Part shown: piece by piece, positions 56,149-64,000 of the stretch | Layout of the letters: each line of letters begins with the position of its first letter | Numbering within the stretch: the first letter of the stretch is position 1 | Assembly (NCBI GenBank): GCA_964431515.1 | Contig: CAYSKF010000003.1 | Location: forward strand, 164,986 to 228,985 | Origin: an uncultured Bdellovibrio sp. | Lineage (GTDB): Bacteria; Bdellovibrionota; Bdellovibrionia; Bdellovibrionales; Bdellovibrionaceae | Reading direction: 5' to 3' | DNA length: 64,000 nucleotides | Notes under the pieces: generated by a model | Database searches by the model: none | What the model saw: the letters and a program-made list of their open reading frames with translations, nothing else | Told to the model about the DNA's origin: nothing | Position numbers and translations under genes: made by a program

Positions 56149-57168
56149 ATGGTCACTCATGATGAATTTCTAACTCCATTTTTAAGCCGGGCTCTAAACT
56201 CTAATTCCTACAAGGTTTTCTCCCTTGCGGGTGATGCTTCCAATAGACGATATTATCGAGTCGTCATGGATCAACAATCCTGGGTTCTCATGCGCTGGGA
56301 ACCATTTCAACCGGATAACTATCCTTTTTTAAGTGTTCTAAATCATTTTGCCAAAAATGGAGTGCATGTCCCTGAAGTGATTGCCATGTCACCCGAAGAA
56401 GGCTTGGTTCTTTTAGAGGACTTAGGGGATCTCACGCTAGAAAGAAAATTCTGGGAAAATCAAAAACAAGACGCCGCGATGGACTTCTATCAAATGGCTG
56501 TCGATGAAATTGTTAAGATTCATCATCCTGCAACACTAGATAAGTCCGATTGCACCGCTTTCAAAATTCAATTTGATACTGAAAAGTTTCTTTGGGAAAT
56601 GAATTACGGAAAAGACAATCTTATCGCAGGGGTCTTAAATTTCAAATTCAGTGATTCTTTAAATAAAGAAATCACCGCGATCTTTACCGATATTGCATCT
56701 CGATTACACAGAGAACCCAAAAGAATTGCACACCGAGACTACCACTCACGCAATTTGATGATCAAATTAGACAAAATGACAGTTATCGATTTTCAAGATG
56801 CAAGACTTGGACCTATTCAATACGACTTAGTTAGCCTCATGAGAGATTCCTACGTCGACATGTCTGATGCCATGGCAAAAAGTCTTATTGATTACTACTT
56901 AGAAAAATCCAAAGAATATTTGCCTACAGACTTCTCGCGAGAACAGTTTGACCACATTTATGAGCTGCAGTCTATTCAGCGCTGTTTTAAGGCTTGTGGC
57001 AGCTTCGCTAGCTTTTATCACCTCAGACAAGATCGACGTTACTTGAAATATCTTTCAGGTACTTTGCGCCGAGTGCTGAAGGCTATCAATGAGTTTCCTG
57101 AATATAAAGTTTTTGCAGATGTCTTAATTGATTCTGGAGCCTTGGAAAGAAAGTACGACTCTTTATGA
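56149..57168 (+). CDS. amgK: Anomeric MurNAc/GlcNAc kinase (APH family)
   Basis: LAGDASNRRYYR, LEDLGD, HRDYHSRNLM, IDFQDA and QRCFKACG; adjacent to a nucleotidyltransferase. Confidence 0.82.
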   Translation: MVTHDEFLTPFLSRALNSNSYKVFSLAGDASNRRYYRVVMDQQSWVLMRWEPFQPDNYPFLSVLNHFAKNGVHVPEVIAMSPEEGLVLLEDLGDLTLERKFWENQKQDAAMDFYQMAVDEIVKIHHPATLDKSDCTAFKIQFDTEKFLWEMNYGKDNLIAGVLNFKFSDSLNKEITAIFTDIASRLHREPKRIAHRDYHSRNLMIKLDKMTVIDFQDARLGPIQYDLVSLMRDSYVDMSDAMAKSLIDYYLEKSKEYLPTDFSREQFDHIYELQSIQRCFKACGSFASFYHLRQDRRYLKYLSGTLRRVLKAINEFPEYKVFADVLIDSGALERKYDSL

Positions 57169-58160
57169 ATGTAATGCTTCTGGCAGCTGGTGAAGGGACT
57201 CGGCTACGACCTTATACAAACATTTTGCCAAAACCTGCGATGCCGTTTCTTACGGTTCCCCTAGCTGCTCATGCATTAAGTTTTCTGCACTCGATTGAAA
57301 TCAATAAGCTCGTCGTAAATACCTTTCACCTTCCGGAAAAAATCCACAAACTTTTCCACACTCTTCCACCTCAATCAAAGGAACTGCATTTTTCTGATGA
57401 ACAAGGTGAGATCCTTGGCAGCGGAGGAGGACTCGGAAAAGCACGCTCCTATTTCACTGGTGGAGGCGACTTCATCATGATGAACGCAGACGAAGTGATT
57501 TTACCCAAAGACTCTGATGTTTTGAAGATGGCCATCGCCACACACAAACAGACGAATGCTTTGGCTACTCTTCTTGTCATGGATCATCCTGAAGTCGGCA
57601 CTCAGTTTGGTGGAGTATGGACTTCAGCTCACGGAGAAATCAAAGGCTTCGGCAAAACCCCTTTTTGTGATGCCACGAAAGCATGGCACTTCGTTGGAGT
57701 ACAAATTCTGTCTGAGCGCATTTTTAACTACATACCTGCATCTGGCGCATCTAATATTTTATACGATGCTGTGACTTTGGGGATTGCTAAAGGAGAATTG
57801 GCGCAAGTCTTTCCGATGGATTGCAACTGGTTTGAAACAGGAAACCCGAAAGACTTCTTAAGCGCTTCCGAAACTTGTGTTCGCTTTTTATTGAATGAGA
57901 AAAAATCTCACCAGAGTGGCTGTTTGCAAAGAACCCTTGAAAAGTTCGCTGGATCAACCTTTAAAATCTTTAATGATAAATTATCTTACGGAATAGTTTC
58001 TTCAGAAGCACATGTCGACACAGGAACGAACATAGAGGGTCTTTTTATTATTGGCTCTGGAAGTTCTGTTGGAGCAAATTGCAATCTAAAAAATGTGATC
58101 ATCGGACCGAGCGTTTGTGTTCCTGAAAACACAAACGCTTCTAATACCATTATCATTTAA
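57165..58160 (+). CDS. murU: Sugar-1-phosphate nucleotidyltransferase (MurU-like)
   Basis: LLAAGEGTRLRPYT...PKP, LGSGGG and NAD; overlaps amgK by 4 nt. Confidence 0.72.
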   Translation: MNVMLLAAGEGTRLRPYTNILPKPAMPFLTVPLAAHALSFLHSIEINKLVVNTFHLPEKIHKLFHTLPPQSKELHFSDEQGEILGSGGGLGKARSYFTGGGDFIMMNADEVILPKDSDVLKMAIATHKQTNALATLLVMDHPEVGTQFGGVWTSAHGEIKGFGKTPFCDATKAWHFVGVQILSERIFNYIPASGASNILYDAVTLGIAKGELAQVFPMDCNWFETGNPKDFLSASETCVRFLLNEKKSHQSGCLQRTLEKFAGSTFKIFNDKLSYGIVSSEAHVDTGTNIEGLFIIGSGSSVGANCNLKNVIIGPSVCVPENTNASNTIII

Positions 58161-58166
58161 AAATAT

Positions 58167-59126
58167 CTATTTCTGCAAAGCCAGCTCAGCGTCACTAAAA
58201 AAGGACTCTTGGCTTTCTTTTACTTTATAGCGGCGATTCATCATATGAAAGATACTGTCAGCAGCGACACCGATCGGTTCGCCATTATAGTTTTTTTGCA
58301 TACCCGCAAGACTGGAAGGATCTCTTGCCAATCCCAAGCCGGCACCAGAGCCTGAAGTCGCAGCCAATGAAGTAGACCCATCATCACTTGAAGATGATGA
58401 AGACGAACCACCGCCACCACCGCCTTCTTCATATCCTGAAGAAGCTGTCATTGCGCCTAGTTTTAGTTTCTCCATTTTTTCAGCTGCTTTTTTCGCCACT
58501 GATTTTTCATAATCACTCAATCCAGCAATTGCACCAGGGGGAAAACCTGCTGAGGCCATTCCATCACGAGATGCAAGATCTGCAATCTTTACGTCTTTTC
58601 CGTTCAACTTAATTGTGCCTTTCTTTTGATTTAAGAGTCCCTGCTTTTCCATATTTTTAAGCTGATTCATAGCCGCTCTCATTGTTGGGTCTTTCAACAA
58701 TGGGCTGTTAGGGTTCCTTGGATCCGTAGGGTCCAAATTACCTGGTCCGCCATCTGCGCCTGTCCCGTCAGTCAATGATCCCGTAAAATTCGCTTGATTC
58801 TGGGTGGCACCGTGAGCGTTACCTTGGGCCATTGACATGATTCCCATGGCAACCTGCAAAACTCCCAAGGCGACCTGTCCATAGTTTTGATCAGCAGATC
58901 CTGTTTTTATATTTATTCCACCTTGCGTGATAGAGATGCCACCCGCAAGAAAAGACATAATCTTTCCCGTCGAATTCGAACCCGACGTCGCACCAGCGCC
59001 CTGATTTACCGAAGGTGTATTGGGAACCGCAACTCTTTTAGTTTCAACGCCCGATTGTGAATAAGCCACCATGGGCGCCAGAGCCATACTGAAAGAGCAA
59101 GTAAAGATCATTAAATTTCTTTTCAT
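58167..59126 (-). CDS. Exported Gly/Ser-rich hypothetical protein
   Basis: Signal peptide, two Gly-rich hydrophobic helices, G/S tract, C-terminal SIFHMMNRRY. Confidence 0.8.
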   Translation of the reverse strand: MKRNLMIFTCSFSMALAPMVAYSQSGVETKRVAVPNTPSVNQGAGATSGSNSTGKIMSFLAGGISITQGGINIKTGSADQNYGQVALGVLQVAMGIMSMAQGNAHGATQNQANFTGSLTDGTGADGGPGNLDPTDPRNPNSPLLKDPTMRAAMNQLKNMEKQGLLNQKKGTIKLNGKDVKIADLASRDGMASAGFPPGAIAGLSDYEKSVAKKAAEKMEKLKLGAMTASSGYEEGGGGGGSSSSSSSDDGSTSLAATSGSGAGLGLARDPSSLAGMQKNYNGEPIGVAADSIFHMMNRRYKVKESQESFFSDAELALQK

Positions 59127-59135
59127 AGAGGACTC

Positions 59136-60719
59136 CTAGTTACTCAATAATGAATTCTTATTATCGCGATAACGGTCTCGCACTTTTTCCCAGTTGGACT
59201 TTCCACCCTGACCCGTTACTTCTCGGGTCCATGACTGTTGCCCCGCCAAACCTCGCGCTGGATCTTTCGCTCCACCAGGAAGGTAGGCACGATAAGCACT
59301 CGCAGCACCCGAACCGCGAACGCCGCTCCAACTTCCACCACCACCTCCGCCGCCGCCACCAGCTGCGCCCAAGATGTTGGCATTAAGACCTTTCTTTTCC
59401 TCAGCTCCCTCTCCTGCTCCCTTTCCAGTGCCAGCAAGACCACCACCACCAAGGCCACCTCCGCCGCTACCACTGCCAAAGGCACCGGCACCATCTGAAT
59501 CAGAGTTGCCAGTAAAAGCTAAATTTTTATCTTCATCACCGCCACCACCTAAAGTGCTAGGACCCGGCCCTTTATTACCAATAGTCGAACCACCACCTGT
59601 GGCCTTGTTACCAGCAATAAGTGAAGCACTTGAATTTTCACCTGGTTTTGTATAACCGTTAGAGCAACCTGGAGTTCGCGGATTCGCCATGCAAATACAT
59701 TCAGGCAATGCTGCATTTTTAGGATCTGCACACTTAGCTTTTTCTTCTTCTGTTGCAACAACACCTGTTCCATTCGTTTGCTCTTCACAATCTTTACTTT
59801 GCTTCAGACTATTCATAACCGAAGCAATACCGACCCCTGCAGAAAGTAACATATTTGCATATTCGTAAGTGCAGGCTTTATTTTTAAGAGCAATCGACTT
59901 CCGAACTGCTAGGTCCGAATCAAGCTTAACCACGTGATTTAATTTTAGCAAAAAGGTTTTCACAGCACTTCTATATTGTCCACAAGCAGGCTCTGCTAGT
60001 GCCAGACCCTCAGGATCTGTTTTTACTCCCGTACATTCAATCAGCTTCGCTTCTGTCGGTAAAATTTTTACTATCCGTTTCAGGTTCGCGTTTACGGTGG
60101 AACACGCCCCCTCACAAGCGGCCCTCGCCGCAGAACAGGCCGCTGTATAAGCAGTTAAACCTGCTTGCCCAATTCGCATAAGTTTGGCCATATTACTACA
60201 GGCATCTTTAACAGCAACACCACCAATCATTCCCATGATTGTATTCATATCATTCAAAGATTTCTGTAAATGAGGACTCGTTTTCTCACGACATAAGCCC
60301 GAAGCAGTGGATTGTGTTTTCACACAGGTTCCGTGTAGATTGGAATAGAAAGAAAATGCTCCAAGCAACTCCTTCATACCAGCCATATCATATTGATGGA
60401 TACTGGGATCTAGGGTACTCATAGCCGTCTTTACAGCTCCAAGCGCGGCTTCAGCTTCCTTGAGTTCCTTTTCATGTCCCTCATCTAGAGCTTCCCCCTG
60501 GGCATCTACAGCACCCTGACTTGAGGCAAGGCCATCAGCTGGGCCTGACCGTGTAGCACCACCTGCCGCACTATGATCGAACTTAACCTGTAGGTGCTCT
60601 GGAGTGGCTCTGATTCCTATCCCGCCTTTAGGGTTTAATGATTGGCCATATGAACAAACAGACCACATCAAAATCGACAGAGTAGTGACAATAAATGACA
60701 ATTTCTTCCATCTAGACAT
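59136..60719 (-). CDS. Exported Cys-rich/Gly-rich hypothetical protein
   Basis: Signal peptide, many Cys, poly-Gly tail, C-terminal SNWEKVRDRY. Confidence 0.8.
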   Translation of the reverse strand: MSRWKKLSFIVTTLSILMWSVCSYGQSLNPKGGIGIRATPEHLQVKFDHSAAGGATRSGPADGLASSQGAVDAQGEALDEGHEKELKEAEAALGAVKTAMSTLDPSIHQYDMAGMKELLGAFSFYSNLHGTCVKTQSTASGLCREKTSPHLQKSLNDMNTIMGMIGGVAVKDACSNMAKLMRIGQAGLTAYTAACSAARAACEGACSTVNANLKRIVKILPTEAKLIECTGVKTDPEGLALAEPACGQYRSAVKTFLLKLNHVVKLDSDLAVRKSIALKNKACTYEYANMLLSAGVGIASVMNSLKQSKDCEEQTNGTGVVATEEEKAKCADPKNAALPECICMANPRTPGCSNGYTKPGENSSASLIAGNKATGGGSTIGNKGPGPSTLGGGGDEDKNLAFTGNSDSDGAGAFGSGSGGGGLGGGGLAGTGKGAGEGAEEKKGLNANILGAAGGGGGGGGGSWSGVRGSGAASAYRAYLPGGAKDPARGLAGQQSWTREVTGQGGKSNWEKVRDRYRDNKNSLLSN

Positions 60720-60739
60720 AATTTTCCCCTGCAGTATTA

Positions 60740-60766
60740 GTTTCGGACAAAAGTCCTAAATACTAA
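60740..60766 (-). promoter_or_regulatory. Possible sigma28/FliA-type promoter
   Basis: TTAG-N15-TCCGAAAC. Confidence 0.45.
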
Positions 60767-60857
60767 AGGACTCTTAGTTATTAGGGTGAAATGTGACTCA
60801 TTATGAAGCGATTCAAAGAAAAAAATTAGATTGTGAAAAAGTATAGAGCTAAAAGGC

Positions 60858-63086
60858 TTAGAAATCTTCGTCTGCCGGAGGGGGATTCAATATGGATCCC
60901 GGCGAAGTGCTTTCCCCACCCAACTTTAATTCATTTGAACGTAAGTAACTCGTAGATACCATCTTAACCGAATATCCACTTGTTCCACCATAAACACAAT
61001 TTCCAGAGGTTGGTGGTTTTGGATCATTCTCAGCTTCACCAACAGGTGTTGCTATACATTTCCCAAGCTTATTAGTATCCAACGAGTAATTGGTCAAACT
61101 GACCGGCGCCCAACCGGTCAACAGGTGCTCCCACTTTTCCGTAATGTAGGTAAACTGCTTATTTATAAGTTCTTTCGTATTAACAGGGTCATAAGGGTCT
61201 TTAATTTTTTCATACAAGTTTTTGACACTAAACTTTGCGTAATCTGGATGCGTCCTGCGATATCCAAGATCTGGCCTAAATACTCGAGTAATGCCCTTTC
61301 CAGGTCCCTGAAGATAACCATTTAAAATTTTCAAATAGTAGTTGTGATAAAAATCAGGTTCGATCGAGTAATAAGTCATATCAAAATTATCAGGCATGAT
61401 GGCAGCCATCTCTAGAAGCCGCATCGTAGAGGGTACTTGATTCATATTATCCCAGGCCAACATGTCACCTGAACCATTCTGCTTGTTAAATTCGTGTGGC
61501 AACTCGGTCCAATGATCATAAGCTGGGGCTGAATTACCTACATAGGGAGTCCCAGCAGGTGGATCAGTTACAGAAGCCCTCCAGCCATCATCTAAATTGA
61601 AAATAGCCTCTCCAAAATACCCAATCATTTTTAAACTTTTCAGGCCGAAATTATCACCGATATAGCGACTGTAATTTGCAGCCATAAACTCAGCATTTGC
61701 AACATCATCGTATACGTTCCCAAACTGTGAAATATCCGTGATACGTGGAGGAAGATTTGGATCTGTGCGCTCATTCAAGCTTCCTGTGGATTTTGTGTTG
61801 GGCCCCCGCAGCCATTGTTTGTAATACCAAGGGCCAATGCGCCCTCCAAAGGGCTTATAAAATGCCCGCGCTTTCAAAGTCACAGCCCCAAAAGGTGAAA
61901 AAGGAATCTTTGGTTTTGCCTCTGCAGAAACTCCGGTATAAGCCATACACCAAGGGTTCTTCTCAACCCCAACTGAAAAATTAAAATTGTCATTCAAGTT
62001 CTGACGAATTCCAAGATACTGAGCAAGCTCATTGACGTTTTGCTCTTGCCCCACCTGATCACGGTACATTGGCAAATCCTGAGTTCTGTTTGTAAGGGGT
62101 CTTATGACAGGTACAAGGTTGTTAGGATCACACTGATTATCAACATACTTAAATCCCGGAATAATGCGAATTGTCTGCAGCCACTTGGCTGGTTGTCCTT
62201 CCGCCAAGCCCTCTGCATTACAGTCAGCTGAACCGAGGGAGTTAAAAACTTTATAACTTCCCGAACCTTCGGTCATCAAACTTTCTCGATTAGCAGCCGT
62301 CAGATTGTTGAGTAATGTTTTTTCAATACCCACTCTTACACTTTGTCCATCCAAATCATAAAAATTATCTTGAGAAAGACTGGTGGCTCGAGACAAGGCT
62401 GCAATAAACTCCATGCGATCACGTTGGTCATAATTAAAGGCCACAACAAAATTCGCTAGCATCAAAAAATTGATCGTGCCCATAGCTTTACATCGATCCA
62501 CCGCAAGATTTTTTAGAGTGTTACTAAGATTGATGACGGAACCCGTAATACCAGACAAATTACTGATAAAGGGGGGAGCTTGCCACAGAATAGTCGTCGT
62601 TGCATTTGCCACATATTTACAGGTGTTCTCGCCTGGAGGAACTTCTTTAAAGGGCATATATGAAATACAAAAAGGCGGAGCTATCTGCCAGTTTTTATAA
62701 TTTTGATTTGTGTGATAATAGTCTTCAATCGCTATAGCGGTATTAATAGTTTTTCTGCTTGGGCCTTGTTTGATATAGGGATGTGCATCAAACTCCCCCG
62801 CCATACCCAGCATTCGATAGCGCCACGCCAGTAGCTTCCAACTTTGCCTGATTTGATAATTGATATGAGCAATGGCATTCATATTTTCAGCCTGTTTCAT
62901 GGCGCCGTAGTAAGCAGCCAAGTCCACCGAGTTCTGTAAATTGACTTTATGATGTACCAACAAGCCAACATTGATCACCATCGCGAAAAATAGAAATAAT
63001 ATCTGAAACGCCAAGGCGATAAAAAGAGCCACTTGGCCCTTTCTGTTTTTGATATTCTGAGTAAAAGTTGATCGCCTATCTAACAT
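60858..63086 (-). CDS. TadG-like (Tad/Flp pilus) pseudopilin/adhesin
   Basis: NRKGQVALFIALAFQILFLFFAMVINVG...LQNSVDLAAYYGA is a Tad N-terminal domain; start uncertain (63086 or 63167). Confidence 0.8.
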   Translation of the reverse strand: MLDRRSTFTQNIKNRKGQVALFIALAFQILFLFFAMVINVGLLVHHKVNLQNSVDLAAYYGAMKQAENMNAIAHINYQIRQSWKLLAWRYRMLGMAGEFDAHPYIKQGPSRKTINTAIAIEDYYHTNQNYKNWQIAPPFCISYMPFKEVPPGENTCKYVANATTTILWQAPPFISNLSGITGSVINLSNTLKNLAVDRCKAMGTINFLMLANFVVAFNYDQRDRMEFIAALSRATSLSQDNFYDLDGQSVRVGIEKTLLNNLTAANRESLMTEGSGSYKVFNSLGSADCNAEGLAEGQPAKWLQTIRIIPGFKYVDNQCDPNNLVPVIRPLTNRTQDLPMYRDQVGQEQNVNELAQYLGIRQNLNDNFNFSVGVEKNPWCMAYTGVSAEAKPKIPFSPFGAVTLKARAFYKPFGGRIGPWYYKQWLRGPNTKSTGSLNERTDPNLPPRITDISQFGNVYDDVANAEFMAANYSRYIGDNFGLKSLKMIGYFGEAIFNLDDGWRASVTDPPAGTPYVGNSAPAYDHWTELPHEFNKQNGSGDMLAWDNMNQVPSTMRLLEMAAIMPDNFDMTYYSIEPDFYHNYYLKILNGYLQGPGKGITRVFRPDLGYRRTHPDYAKFSVKNLYEKIKDPYDPVNTKELINKQFTYITEKWEHLLTGWAPVSLTNYSLDTNKLGKCIATPVGEAENDPKPPTSGNCVYGGTSGYSVKMVSTSYLRSNELKLGGESTSPGSILNPPPADEDF

Positions 63087-63208
63087 ATGTCTTTGAACAT
63101 TCTCACTCAGTAAGGGCAGCAACGCAATAACTCGACCTCGAAAACTTTGACTTAAATGACTTCGCAATGACAGACTTTAGTGCATATCCTCACAAAGGAA
63201 ACTCGACT

Positions 63209-64000
63209 ATGGTCCGAACATTCTTAATTCTACTAAGTCTATTGTTAATAGTTCCACTTGGAGCTTCAGCCGATATTTTATTTGAAGGATATTCAAAAAT
63301 TCTTTCTGGCGATCAACACATCGGTTATGTCATCAGCCGCTACGAATTTGATGCGAAGAAAAAGCAATTCATTTCCACCTATTTTTTAAAAACAGGAAAA
63401 GGTCCCAGCGAGATAACTGAAAGCCTGCGGGCCGTGGCTGACTCAGAACTAGCACCCATCTCTTACTCGTATACAACCTTGACTGGTAAAGACAGCAAAA
63501 CCATCGATGCCAAGTTCAAGGGCGGAACTTTAAATGCAACGATTAATTCCAATGGCAAATTAGAACGAATAGACAAAAAGATTCCAAAGGGCACATTTCT
63601 TTCGACGTTCTTAGTTTACCTTATGCTTAAGAGCAAAGATGGCCTGCGCTCAGAAACAAATTATGAATACCAAGCTGTGGCAGAAGAAGATGCCGCGATT
63701 CATAAAGGTCAGGCTTTGGTCGGAAAAGAAGAAGTTTTTAATGGATTTAAAGTATTCAAAATTCTGAACACCTTCAAAGATGTTAAATTCCTTAGTTACA
63801 TAAATGAACGCGGCGAAGTTTTAGGGACGAATGCTCTTGGCCAGGGAATCACTACGGAACTTGTCACCCATCCGAACGAAGCTACGAGCAATCTTCCATA
63901 CAGCGCAAGTATTCTAAAAACAATTTTTGGCGGCATCCCCGAAGGGAAGGCCAATATCAAATCCAGGTCCCAACAGTTAAAAGAAGCTGAAACTAACCAG
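63209..64000 (+). CDS. Secreted hypothetical protein, 3' end outside the window
   Basis: Not in the ORF track. ATG 63209 after AAAGGA; MVRTFLILLSLLLIVPLGASA-DILFEGYSKI... is open to the window end. Confidence 0.8.
   Translation, partial: MVRTFLILLSLLLIVPLGASADILFEGYSKILSGDQHIGYVISRYEFDAKKKQFISTYFLKTGKGPSEITESLRAVADSELAPISYSYTTLTGKDSKTIDAKFKGGTLNATINSNGKLERIDKKIPKGTFLSTFLVYLMLKSKDGLRSETNYEYQAVAEEDAAIHKGQALVGKEEVFNGFKVFKILNTFKDVKFLSYINERGEVLGTNALGQGITTELVTHPNEATSNLPYSASILKTIFGGIPEGKANIKSRSQQLKEAETNQ

Overview
Core-genome segment of a Bdellovibrio-like predator. The assignment rests on recR-mglA with no mglB and Ser21 in MglA, a TIGR02147/DUF4423 protein, many secreted hypothetical proteins, and sigma28/sigma54 promoters. 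Bases 1-~3110 are the edge of an AT-rich island at the 3' end of tmRNA (ssrA). It carries a three-gene restriction-modification-like cassette: a SAM-binding MTase-like protein with no catalytic motif, an Eco57I-like N6 MTase, and a GIY-YIG/SF2-helicase protein that runs off the window and is missing from the ORF track. The rest is mostly housekeeping: icd, ffs-dnaX-ybaB-recR-mglA-nadA, tRNA-Val, lon, clpPX, pepA, gshA, an ArsA/Get3 pair, tig, ftsEX-envC-ctpA, mscL, PBP1A-uvrA-msbA and amgK-murU. Best leads: (i) a sigma28-promoted sigma54 activator followed by a sigma54-promoted, apparently dead tandem paralog with no HTH; (ii) the split-MTase/nuclease-helicase cassette; (iii) an orphan DnaA-box cluster and twin 23-bp operator-like repeats beside ssrA; (iv) two Gly-rich exported proteins with a shared C-terminal motif behind a Tad pseudopilin; (v) a BagAB-like ATPase pair in an operon with gshA; (vi) a 35-bp REP-like repeat present twice. 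All calls come from reading by eye; no searches were run.
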